Made by a program: the position numbers and the translations under genes | The notes under the pieces: model-generated | Told to the model about the DNA's origin: nothing | Seen by the model: only the letters and a program-made list of their open reading frames with translations | Database searches by the model: none | Part shown: positions 1 through 7,492 of the stretch, one piece after another | Layout: the number at the start of each line of letters is the position of its first letter | How positions within the stretch are numbered: the first letter of the stretch is position 1 | Origin: a virus | Taxonomy: Duplodnaviria; Caudoviricetes | Direction: 5' to 3' (one strand) | Virus record (IMG/VR): IMGVR_UViG_3300006925_000146 | Span: 1 to 24,192 of that record | Length of the DNA stretch: 24,192 nucleotides

Positions 1-47
1 ACTTCATCATCATATTCAATCTCTACAACCATTCTAATCTTCTTCAT
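1..47 (-). CDS. 5' part of a small hypothetical protein (MKKIRMVVEIEYDDE...), runs off the window; third ORF of the attC array
   Basis: ATG at 47 preceded by GGGAGG Shine-Dalgarno; frame is open to the window edge; lies directly after the attC-like site 67-125. Confidence 0.6.
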   Translation of the reverse strand, partial: MKKIRMVVEIEYDDE

Positions 48-66
48 AAGTCCTCCCGTAAATCAC

Positions 67-125
67 ACATAACAATTATAGCCAGCAGACACGTTCGCCT
101 GCGTCCTTTGAATGCAGTGTTATGC
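67..125 (+). mobile_element. attC-like recombination site (59 bp, degenerate inner arms)
   Basis: ACATAAC (67-73) and GTTATGC (119-125) form complementary R boxes; central GCAG...CTGC stem; the L boxes pair poorly. The stop codon of the 62-aa ORF lies in the GTTA box. Confidence 0.6.
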
Positions 126-308
126 GCCAAGATTATTCAGCGCATCTGTTGTGCCTTTAAATTGCGGAATCTCTTCCGCCTCATGGTCTTTGTCGCAACA
201 ATCTTCACACCAATACTCGCCGCACATTTCCCAAAGGTAATCTCCATCGTCTGGAGTTTTATTGCAAATAGAACACTCTAAAATTCTTTGTGTAACTCTA
301 TGTCCCAT
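120..308 (-). CDS. Small Cys-rich, putative zinc-binding protein carried in an attC cassette
   Basis: CSIC...CEDCC motif; GGAG SD upstream; flanked by the perfect inverted repeat GTTATGCGCC (119-128) / GGCGCATAAC (325-334). Confidence 0.75.
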   Translation of the reverse strand: MGHRVTQRILECSICNKTPDDGDYLWEMCGEYWCEDCCDKDHEAEEIPQFKGTTDALNNLGA

Positions 309-327
309 TTTATTTCTCCGTATCGGC

Positions 328-404
328 GCATAACAACGCCATTAAAAATCGCTCATTCTTCGCTGGACTCGCTTACGCTCGCCTTTTATGGCCAAAGGTT
401 ATAC
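328..404 (+). mobile_element. attC (integron cassette) recombination site, 77 bp
   Basis: GCATAAC-AACGC-CATTAAAA (L'' with one extra base)...TTTTATG-GCCAAAG-GTTATAC. GCCATTAAAA pairs with TTTTATGGC leaving one extrahelical base. The minus strand is purine-rich and turns the C.A mismatch into G.T, as expected for an attC bottom strand. Confidence 0.75.
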
Positions 405-638
405 GGCTTCTTCTATCGCCTTTTGGTGCTCAATAACGGCACAAGTCATTTCCTTAGCTGCTGCTTTTGAAGTATCAACTATCGCATCAGCGCACAACTT
501 AAATATCTGTTCTATATGCTCCGGTGACAGCCGCAAGCTAACTTCTCCATGTTCGTTATCGAATACAATTTTTCCCGTGTATTTCCCTTTGTTTTTGCCC
601 CACCTTTCACGCTCTATTTCAAGTTTTACTAAATTCAT
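399..638 (-). CDS. Hypothetical protein (79 aa), attC-associated
   Basis: ORF with GGAGTGG SD; its TAA stop lies within the GTTATAC box of attC 328-404. Confidence 0.75.
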   Translation of the reverse strand: MNLVKLEIERERWGKNKGKYTGKIVFDNEHGEVSLRLSPEHIEQIFKLCADAIVDTSKAAAKEMTCAVIEHQKAIEEAV

Positions 639-659
639 TATCCACTCCGTAGTTAGTGC

Positions 660-2234
660 TTAAAATTCTGGAACAACGTCTTCAGACATTCTTCCCGTTT
701 CTTTGGAGTACATTAATTGACCTGCAACTCCTGTCTCCCCTGACCACCTATTCTTTAAAACACGGACGGTAGTTTGATTGGATGTTTCCGCATCCTGTTG
801 GTTACGTTCTAAGCCTATCACAATGTCACTTAGTTGTGCAATAGCAGCACTACCTCTAAGTTGAGATAGAGAAGTTATCACACCTTCTTCGTGTCCTTTG
901 TCACCGCTTGGTCTACGTAAATGTGAGACAACAATCAACCCTATGTTTAACTCCTCTGTAAGCGAGCGAAGGTTAGTCATCATGTTATCTATGATACGTC
1001 TTTCGTCACCACCCTCGATACCGGATACAACAATACTGATATGGTCTAGGATAACGTACTGACAGCCACACCCCCTTGCGAGGTAACGTATCTTTCCTAG
1101 TAGGTTTTCAGATTCAGTTGAACCCCAGTGATCATACATAAACACACGGCCTGTGCCAAGTGTAGCATCAAAGGCTTCTCGTAGTTCTTCCTTTGGGACA
1201 TCTTCGAGATGCACAAGCTTGTTTAAGTGTAAGGACATCAATCCCTGAGCTGTGCGTTTACTGGATTCCTCCAACGCAACGTAGCCTATGGTAGCACCTG
1301 CGTTCAGTAGATGATATGCAAACTCACGAGTGAGCTGACTCTTACCTAATCCTGATCCTGCTGTTACTGTTACAATCTCACCTAATCGACAGCCCCCTAT
1401 CTTCTCATTCAGTCCTGAGTAAGGGTAAGGGGTAGAGAAAACTTCTTTCTCCGTTGATACTTCCTCCCATAAGTCAACACCATTGATAATACCATCAGGG
1501 GCAAATTCTTTTGCCGACCAGAACGCATCAATCAACTCTGGTGTGCGTCCTGCCATGATCATATCACTTGCATCTTTTAAGGGTAGTCTTGCAATCTTAG
1601 CTTTTCTTGGTGATAGTAGTGCAGCACATTCAAGAGCTGCCTTCTGCCCTACCTCGTCATTATCAAACATAAAGACTACAGATTCAAAACCTTCAAGCCA
1701 TTCTATAGCTTGTTTAATGTCATGCTTCGCACCTGCTGCTCCTGTCTTGACAGAGACTACTGGCCATTTGTGGTCAAACGCTTGTGACATTGAGAGCGCG
1801 TCTAACTCTCCTTCAACGATGGTGACACTCTTTCCTTTGTCTCTCCAGAGCCACTGTCCGTACAGGCCTGCTTTTTTGAGGTTCCCTCGGACGCTGAAAT
1901 CTTTTCCTGCTGTTCTAATTTTCTGGGCGACTGTTTTACCGTCTTTGGTTTTATGATTTGCAATCTGCGCTGTCTGACCATTAAAAGTGCCTACTTGATA
2001 ATTCCAAAATTTCGCTGTCTTTTCTGTGAGACAACGCTTAATTAAAACTTCATGTGTACCTGTTAAAAAATCTACAGGTTTAATCTCTACCACCTTTGCC
2101 TCCTCTTGGGATTGCCCGTATGTGTTACACGCAAAACAATAGGTGTGGCCATCAGTATACAAACTATTTGCATCTGACGAACCACACTTATCGCATGGAG
2201 TGTGCATTACAAATTCACTCTCCGTTTCTAGCAT
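660..2234 (-). CDS. gp4: T7 gp4-like DNA primase-helicase
   Basis: N-terminal Zn ribbon CDKC...CFAC; TOPRIM motifs EGELD and DNDEVG; SF4 helicase Walker A GSGLGKS, ILDHIS, LRGSAAIAQLSD and KNR motifs. Confidence 0.97.
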   Translation of the reverse strand: MLETESEFVMHTPCDKCGSSDANSLYTDGHTYCFACNTYGQSQEEAKVVEIKPVDFLTGTHEVLIKRCLTEKTAKFWNYQVGTFNGQTAQIANHKTKDGKTVAQKIRTAGKDFSVRGNLKKAGLYGQWLWRDKGKSVTIVEGELDALSMSQAFDHKWPVVSVKTGAAGAKHDIKQAIEWLEGFESVVFMFDNDEVGQKAALECAALLSPRKAKIARLPLKDASDMIMAGRTPELIDAFWSAKEFAPDGIINGVDLWEEVSTEKEVFSTPYPYSGLNEKIGGCRLGEIVTVTAGSGLGKSQLTREFAYHLLNAGATIGYVALEESSKRTAQGLMSLHLNKLVHLEDVPKEELREAFDATLGTGRVFMYDHWGSTESENLLGKIRYLARGCGCQYVILDHISIVVSGIEGGDERRIIDNMMTNLRSLTEELNIGLIVVSHLRRPSGDKGHEEGVITSLSQLRGSAAIAQLSDIVIGLERNQQDAETSNQTTVRVLKNRWSGETGVAGQLMYSKETGRMSEDVVPEF

Positions 2235-2605
2235 TACTTAAGCCACTCCTCTGGGATTATTTCTTCTGCCCAAATGAAACCATGACGATCTGCCCATTCA
2301 CCACAAGTCATCTTAGTTCCATCTTTGCGTTTCTTTGCACCCTGTACTGTGCTGTTTGCTCTTTGAAAAAGAAAACGTATGTCCAAGTCAGGGTGCTGTT
2401 CCTTCATGCTTCTCATCTTACGTTGAGCATCTTGTCGGAAGTAACCTTTCACCTCAATGTACATCTCGTTGATCTTAAGATCAGGAATGTAGTTTCGTTC
2501 CACCACATAGGGTAGCTTACAAGGTTCATACTCATAAGCCACCCCACGGGCATCAAGGTTCTTCTGGACCCGTTCTTCAAGTGTACTCCTAGAAGTCAAC
2601 GGCAT
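2234..2605 (-). CDS. gp3: T7 gp3-like endonuclease I (Holliday junction resolvase)
   Basis: RSTLEE, YIPDL...IEVKG PD-(D/E)xK motif, HPDLDIRFLFQ, W-x-x-x-HGF; lies between SSB and primase. Confidence 0.95.
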   Translation of the reverse strand: MPLTSRSTLEERVQKNLDARGVAYEYEPCKLPYVVERNYIPDLKINEMYIEVKGYFRQDAQRKMRSMKEQHPDLDIRFLFQRANSTVQGAKKRKDGTKMTCGEWADRHGFIWAEEIIPEEWLK

Positions 2606-3212
2606 CGTCTAACTCCTCTGCTGATACAGAGTTGTTAGCGGCTTCGCTTGGCGGAGGAGCCACGAAACCGTCTTCCTCGTCAAAGACACTAGCGACACTA
2701 TTACCGTATTCCACTAGGTCAATTACTTGAACTGCTTTTAATCGTAAAGATACACCAGCTTTCTTCGTACTTGCCATTACATAAGGAACAGGTTCAAAAG
2801 CTACCTTCACTCGTGAACCATTGCCTATAAGAATGTCATTGGACATCGGAACTTTCTTTGAGTCTAATACAGCAGGTTGTTGCTCGTAGTGCGTACCATC
2901 ACGCCTCTGCACTTTAGCTTTTAACTTAAACTTAAACTCTACGTTACCTGTGTCATCACCTGTATCTCGGTCAAAGACTGGTTGGCATACTTCTTGAGTG
3001 GTCAGCGTGTTCTTTAAACGGGGGTCATCTTTCACTGCCTCCTTGAACTTAGCTTGAACTATACCTTCTAGTTGCTCACTCATTGCTACAGATTGCGCTA
3101 CGGGCATTTGCAGGTTGATACTATAGTCACCCAAAGGGTTAAACTTTGTATCTGGTTCAAAGACCTTCGCCCAAAGCGCTGTGCCTTCTAATACTAATAT
3201 ATTTTTAGCCAT
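2589..3212 (-). CDS. gp2.5: T7 gp2.5-like single-stranded DNA-binding protein
   Basis: EPDTKF, IGNGSRVKV and GVSLRLKAVQVIDL motifs; acidic C-terminal tail ending in Phe (DDAVDF). Confidence 0.95.
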   Translation of the reverse strand: MAKNILVLEGTALWAKVFEPDTKFNPLGDYSINLQMPVAQSVAMSEQLEGIVQAKFKEAVKDDPRLKNTLTTQEVCQPVFDRDTGDDTGNVEFKFKLKAKVQRRDGTHYEQQPAVLDSKKVPMSNDILIGNGSRVKVAFEPVPYVMASTKKAGVSLRLKAVQVIDLVEYGNSVASVFDEEDGFVAPPPSEAANNSVSAEELDDAVDF

Positions 3213-3254
3213 ACTTTATGTTTCCTTAATAGTTAATATGAACGGGGGGGGTGG

Positions 3255-3275
3255 CTATAGGGGAACCTTCGAGAT
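3255..3275 (-). promoter_or_regulatory. Phage RNAP promoter, copy 1 (ATCTCGAAGGTTCCCCTATAG)
   Basis: 21-bp exact repeat with 11599-11619; ends in CTATAG like T7 promoters; overlaps the RNAP stop codon and precedes the replication genes. Confidence 0.85.
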
Positions 3276-4933
3276 TATGCGAAAAAGTAATCACTTAACA
3301 AGACCTCCTCTATATCCAGCGTACCTCGCTTTGGTGGTGGTGGGATAACTGCTTGATCCCCTAATGAAGTAACTGCGTGTGTGTAGAGATTTAGCAGTAC
3401 GTCATGTTCTTTATACATCTCGACAAAAGCCTCTCTTAACTTCATGTTTAATAAAGGCATGTTGGGAGAATGTGTGCCGTAGCTGTCGTGAACCATTGCA
3501 AAATCCACAACTCCTTCTTTTAAGCATTTGTCTATTGTAAAAGTTAATGCCGCAGCGTCCAATGAATGAACAAAGTTAGGACTGCTTCCCGACACGCTTT
3601 TCTTCTTGTCTATTTCGTTTTCAAGTGGCTGGTTGTAATTCAATTTAACAACGGAGCCGCTTAAATGAGTCTTAATGCGTAACTTGTTCGTGTTGATGTA
3701 CGCCTGTCGCACTAATAACCCTGTAGGAGTTATCCACTCAAATGGTTTATTGTGAGCACAATACAGTTTAGCAATACTTTTAATATAATTCATTACTTCA
3801 TGTGCTGATTGTATGACTTCGTTGATTGCTTGCCAGACAAAACCTGACAAGTAACGTGCAGGTCTGAAGAAATCATCATCCCAAGGGTTATTACCCATAT
3901 ACTTATCAGACAAAGCTTCAGCTATATAAGCACTACAAGCGTGACGTGTACCACTGTAAGGAACAATCATTACAGGTCTCTTGCATATTTTCCTATCAAT
4001 ACCCATTCGTAGTAATTGCCTAGCCAACTCTGTATCTTCTTGCTCTAATAGCTCCGTTGCTCTCTTTGCTACATCAGCATAAATGTCCTGGGGTTGTTTA
4101 CTAGGTGTAAGGTTTACTGAACGCCCGCCCTCAGAGTCCCTGAGCATCGCAGAGAGGTGTTGCAAGCCATTACATGAGCCATCACTTGCACATGGTAAAC
4201 GTGTTTCATATGGCTTCCCGTTAGCTCTGGCGATGTTGTATTCTGCCCACTCTTTGCACCACGCTAAAGCTTGCCAAGGTTTGTCCGCTTCTTGCCACCA
4301 CTTACTACCTAGCGGATCATTATAAACAGCTATGGCATTGTCTGCATTCATGTACGCCCACAATTCACGATCTTCTAAACTTACTTTATCTACTCCAAAT
4401 ACATTAGCTCCGTGTATGGCTAACCATTGGGCTTCCTCGGAGGTCGTGATAGTAGCTGTATTAGCAAACTCTAGTAATGCTTTAGAGTAATCAGCATTCT
4501 GTGGGGACAAAAAAGATTCTACTGGATACTTACGCCCCCTGAAATCTAACTGCCACACGTACCACATGTTCCCTATGTCTTTGTATTCCTCTGCTATCTG
4601 GATAGTTCTCTCGACCTGAATACGTTTAGACATGCTTTTATTGTTGATGGTGTGTACCTTGTTACGGGCAGCTTTAAATGCTTTAAACTGTAACATCTCC
4701 TCTTCGTTGAGGTGTTTAGGTTCTTTACTAAAAGGGTACTTAGGTAAATCTAAGTTATCTCTTGGAGGTAAACCCACCCATTCTTGCCCACTGTCCCAAC
4801 AAGTACGCAAGACATCAACCACAAACGCATTCACTTGCCAAGGAGTGTGTTGTAGAGCGTTAACACATTGATACTCTAATGAGAGGTCTAGCTCTTCAAT
4901 CTTAGCTATGTAATCTTTAGCTGCTTTTCTCAT
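3275..4933 (-). CDS. gp1: T7-like RNA polymerase, C-terminal catalytic part (thumb, palm, fingers)
   Basis: DFRGR, motif A DGSCNGLQH, motif B RKICKRPVMIVPY, motif C HDS, C-terminal YFFA. ATG overlaps the upstream TGA (ATGA), with GAGGG 7 nt upstream. Confidence 0.93.
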   Translation of the reverse strand: MRKAAKDYIAKIEELDLSLEYQCVNALQHTPWQVNAFVVDVLRTCWDSGQEWVGLPPRDNLDLPKYPFSKEPKHLNEEEMLQFKAFKAARNKVHTINNKSMSKRIQVERTIQIAEEYKDIGNMWYVWQLDFRGRKYPVESFLSPQNADYSKALLEFANTATITTSEEAQWLAIHGANVFGVDKVSLEDRELWAYMNADNAIAVYNDPLGSKWWQEADKPWQALAWCKEWAEYNIARANGKPYETRLPCASDGSCNGLQHLSAMLRDSEGGRSVNLTPSKQPQDIYADVAKRATELLEQEDTELARQLLRMGIDRKICKRPVMIVPYSGTRHACSAYIAEALSDKYMGNNPWDDDFFRPARYLSGFVWQAINEVIQSAHEVMNYIKSIAKLYCAHNKPFEWITPTGLLVRQAYINTNKLRIKTHLSGSVVKLNYNQPLENEIDKKKSVSGSSPNFVHSLDAAALTFTIDKCLKEGVVDFAMVHDSYGTHSPNMPLLNMKLREAFVEMYKEHDVLLNLYTHAVTSLGDQAVIPPPPKRGTLDIEEVLLSDYFFA

Positions 4934-5709
4934 GTATGCACCCTCACGAAAGGTAACTTATTTATATGGTCCGAGTAGTAACCACCGCCCCAGAACCCTT
5001 CCCAGTCTTTAGGTTGCACAATACATGGGCTATATCTCGGCAACGCTACTGAATTGGTATCGTTAAAAGCTTTTATCCAAGCTGCTGTCTCTTCTGTGGG
5101 GGCGACATGCCAAACTGTTTTGTTTCTGTTAATACGTTTATCTAATTTAACTATGCCGGTGCTGCTTATAATAAGATCAATCATTTTAATTCCTACATGA
5201 ACACGTTCTTCATTAGTCCAGTTTGGTATTTCTATATCATCCAACTTCATCTTGTGATTAAGCCCGTGACGTTTATGATCAAAGCCTTTATCTGATTTCT
5301 TGTTAGCTTCTTTGATCATGTTATCCGCTACACCATCTTGAAGTTTAAGCCATTGCTCTAAGCGTTTTTGAGTTTCTATTTGTACCCCAATGTTACGGGC
5401 TACAGTCAGCAATGTCGTCTTGGATGCTATGTTATCAATTAAACTAATTAAAGACAAGTAGGCTACCTGATCAGCCTTCATATTCTGTATAAGTTTTTTG
5501 GTAATATTTCTGTTTTGTGTTTTATCTTTAACTAAAGCTCTAATAGCTTCTTCAACTGGCTGCACAATCCCCTTGATGATAGTACGTCCGTGTTTTGTTC
5601 TCGACCCTAAATCTTTTTGTAGAAGATCATCTAGTTGTTTATTAAATCTATCTATTCCTGACTGAACCATTTGATATTCTAAATCAATTTGCTCGTTGAT
5701 TGTTGCCAT
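4930..5709 (-). CDS. gp1: T7-like RNA polymerase, N-terminal (promoter-binding) domain as a separate ORF
   Basis: Ends in PCIVQPKDWEGFWGGGYY...FVRVHT, matching T7 PCVVPPKPWTGITGGGYW...LVRTH; also WTNEERVHVGIKMIDLII. Start placed at ATG 5709 (GAGGT SD) rather than 5760, which would run into an attP arm site. Confidence 0.88.
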   Translation of the reverse strand: MATINEQIDLEYQMVQSGIDRFNKQLDDLLQKDLGSRTKHGRTIIKGIVQPVEEAIRALVKDKTQNRNITKKLIQNMKADQVAYLSLISLIDNIASKTTLLTVARNIGVQIETQKRLEQWLKLQDGVADNMIKEANKKSDKGFDHKRHGLNHKMKLDDIEIPNWTNEERVHVGIKMIDLIISSTGIVKLDKRINRNKTVWHVAPTEETAAWIKAFNDTNSVALPRYSPCIVQPKDWEGFWGGGYYSDHINKLPFVRVHT

Positions 5710-5745
5710 GTCTATACCTCTATACGGTAGATAAATTGGAGTATA

Positions 5746-5958
5746 TGTGTCCTTACCCATAACTAACTACGATTACGGAGTAAGTGTACCATAGAATTTA
5801 GTACGTGTGTCTTTATATCTACAGCCAATAACATCGGATGCGTAGATAGTATGTATGGGATTAGGAAACCGATGTCGTTTTTAAAAACCCCACACTTATT
5901 AATGTTTTGATTCACTGTGTCCCCTGTTTAGGACACATTAGGACACAAAAAGGACACA
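5746..5958. mobile_element. Putative attP with arm-type integrase-binding repeats and a core near 5861-5874
   Basis: AGGACACA at 5930-5937, 5940-5947 and 5951-5958; inverted copies TGTGTCCT 5746-5753, TGTGTCCC 5916-5923 and TGTGTCTT 5806-5813. Non-coding gap directly downstream of the integrase. Minus strand CATCGGTTTCCTAA resembles a tRNA-Arg(CCT) anticodon arm. Confidence 0.7.
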
Positions 5959-5959
5959 T

Positions 5960-6940
5960 CTATTTACCCTCTAGTATGTTGATGCCATCTAACAAACCTT
6001 CAGGTGCTAGGTAAGCATACTTCATTGTTGTTTGGATGTTGCGATGGCCCATCCACTCTTTAACTTTAAATATATCCATGCCGCCCATGACTAATTTACT
6101 ACAGCAAGTACTACGGAATGTTTTCCATATTGCATCTTGCATACCTGTACGATCTCGCAACCTTTTCCAGCGCCTTCTAAACTGTCTTGGGTGTTTATCG
6201 AACGGAGTGCGTTCAACACACTCTAAGGTACGTTGTGTTGCCGGGAGCAGTAAATCGTCACCGTTCTTGCGGTCAGGTATCATCAGTCCCCATTTGTTAC
6301 CAATAGGTATGGGTGTTGGATCAAACTTCAACAACTCACTAGCTCTCATACCTGTATCAAGGCTAACAACTGCTGCATCGTGAATATAATCCTCACCCAT
6401 TTCTAAGAGAGTATCAAGTAATAGCTTCTCCTGTTCTGGTCGATACCATTTAACAGTGTGGTTGGCTTCCTTCTGTCTGTGTATCTTAGGCAACTCAGAT
6501 AATTGATTGTTATCAACTGCCATAAGTAATCCCTGACGTAAGCAAGAGAGGTGACGGTTGATTGTACCGCCCGCCCTGCCTTGCTTCTTCATCATCTGTA
6601 CATAACCTTTGATAAGTTGAGTATCTATCTTACTTACTGGTGTTTTGTGTCCGAACCACTTAGTTAAACACTTCATGGTACTTGGCACATGATCTTCGCT
6701 CTTTGTACCTTCCCATAATGTTTCGTATGCTTCGTCTAGTGACTTACCTAGCGACCAAGCCGAAGATACTCCCGTATCGGAGTTAATATGTGATGGTGGT
6801 AGCAGACCACGTTTGAGGGCGTGTCTTGCCTGTGCTTCCCATAATTCAGCATCAGCTAAATTAGGAAAAGACTTTCGAGCCTTGTGTCCATCTACTGACA
6901 CGTACGCTTGGTAAGATTTACCTCTAGGTTGTACACTCAT
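5960..6940 (-). CDS. int: Tyrosine integrase
   Basis: N-terminal arm-binding-like domain; TINRHLSCL; TGMRASELL (catalytic R); KTFR in the HxxR position; MGHRNIQTTMKY (H and catalytic Y). Confidence 0.93.
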   Translation of the reverse strand: MSVQPRGKSYQAYVSVDGHKARKSFPNLADAELWEAQARHALKRGLLPPSHINSDTGVSSAWSLGKSLDEAYETLWEGTKSEDHVPSTMKCLTKWFGHKTPVSKIDTQLIKGYVQMMKKQGRAGGTINRHLSCLRQGLLMAVDNNQLSELPKIHRQKEANHTVKWYRPEQEKLLLDTLLEMGEDYIHDAAVVSLDTGMRASELLKFDPTPIPIGNKWGLMIPDRKNGDDLLLPATQRTLECVERTPFDKHPRQFRRRWKRLRDRTGMQDAIWKTFRSTCCSKLVMGGMDIFKVKEWMGHRNIQTTMKYAYLAPEGLLDGINILEGK

Positions 6941-6975
6941 AGAATTCTCATAACCTCAACTGCTAAATATACAAT

Positions 6976-7004
6976 AATTAAAATAGACACTACATTTAAA
7001 GCAA
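6976..7004 (-). promoter_or_regulatory. Possible sigma70 promoter for the integrase
   Basis: TTGCTT followed after 16-17 nt by TTTAAT/TTAATT in the intergenic gap; the region is AT-rich, so the match is weak. Confidence 0.3.
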
Positions 7005-7019
7005 CGTCGTATGGATTAT

Positions 7020-7334
7020 TCATAATGCCTCCAGCTTCTTTGCAAGTAGTTTACCTTGCTTTGTTAATTTAATAAACTTTTCAATTCTTTTCTCAGGATT
7101 TTCATACAGTGCGATCAAGTTATATTTCACAAGTAATGCCATGTTACGGCTTGCGCTTGCGCTAGTTGTATCCATCTCGTGACCAACGTCTAACACACGT
7201 AAACTCTCTGCCCTAAAATATGTTTGTTGTGCTATATAAAGAAAAGCAAATAGAGTTTGCGAACTAATGAAAGGGTCAACTTTGCGAAATTCTTGAATTA
7301 ACTTTATCTTCTTTTCTAATCCTCGACCAACCAA
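7020..7334 (-). CDS. MarR-like winged-helix transcriptional regulator
   Basis: HTH DVGHEMDTTSASASRNMALL and wing ENPEKRIEKFIKLTKQGK; TTG start with a strong AGGAGG SD; upstream of the integrase as in marine T7-like phages. Confidence 0.85.
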   Translation of the reverse strand: MVGRGLEKKIKLIQEFRKVDPFISSQTLFAFLYIAQQTYFRAESLRVLDVGHEMDTTSASASRNMALLVKYNLIALYENPEKRIEKFIKLTKQGKLLAKKLEAL

Positions 7335-7467
7335 TACAACCTCCTAACCACGATATATAAAAATCAAACCCATACTTTGTTTTACGTGAGAAAGTCTGTG
7401 GTAAAAGACTTACACCGTAAAAACTGCGATAAAAACAGAACTCATTCTTACCTAACCTAAAAAACAT
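7276..7467 (-). CDS. Small hypothetical protein overlapping the start of the MarR-like gene
   Basis: ATG with an AAGGGG SD directly after the predicted promoter; 59-nt overlap with the next gene. Confidence 0.45.
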   Translation of the reverse strand: MFFRLGKNEFCFYRSFYGVSLLPQTFSRKTKYGFDFYISWLGGCIGWSRIRKEDKVNSRISQS

Positions 7468-7492
7468 ATTAATCCCCTTAAGTCAAATTATA

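Noticed and set aside
4930-4960. Programmed -1 frameshift fusing the two RNAP ORFs
   Set aside because: No X XXY YYZ heptamer in the 8-codon overlap. Slipping at CCT TTC would replace the conserved FVRVH with FREGAY. Not strictly excluded, but re-initiation or a sequence error fits better.
5820-5900. Complete tRNA gene
   Set aside because: Only an anticodon-arm-like 14-mer; no D-arm, T-arm (GTTCGA) or acceptor stem.
5960-6940. Integrase as an integron integrase (IntI) serving the attC array
   Set aside because: It has a phage-type arm-binding N-terminus, adjacent arm repeats and no visible IntI-specific insertion before the HxxR-position motif; it is also more than 5 kb from the array.
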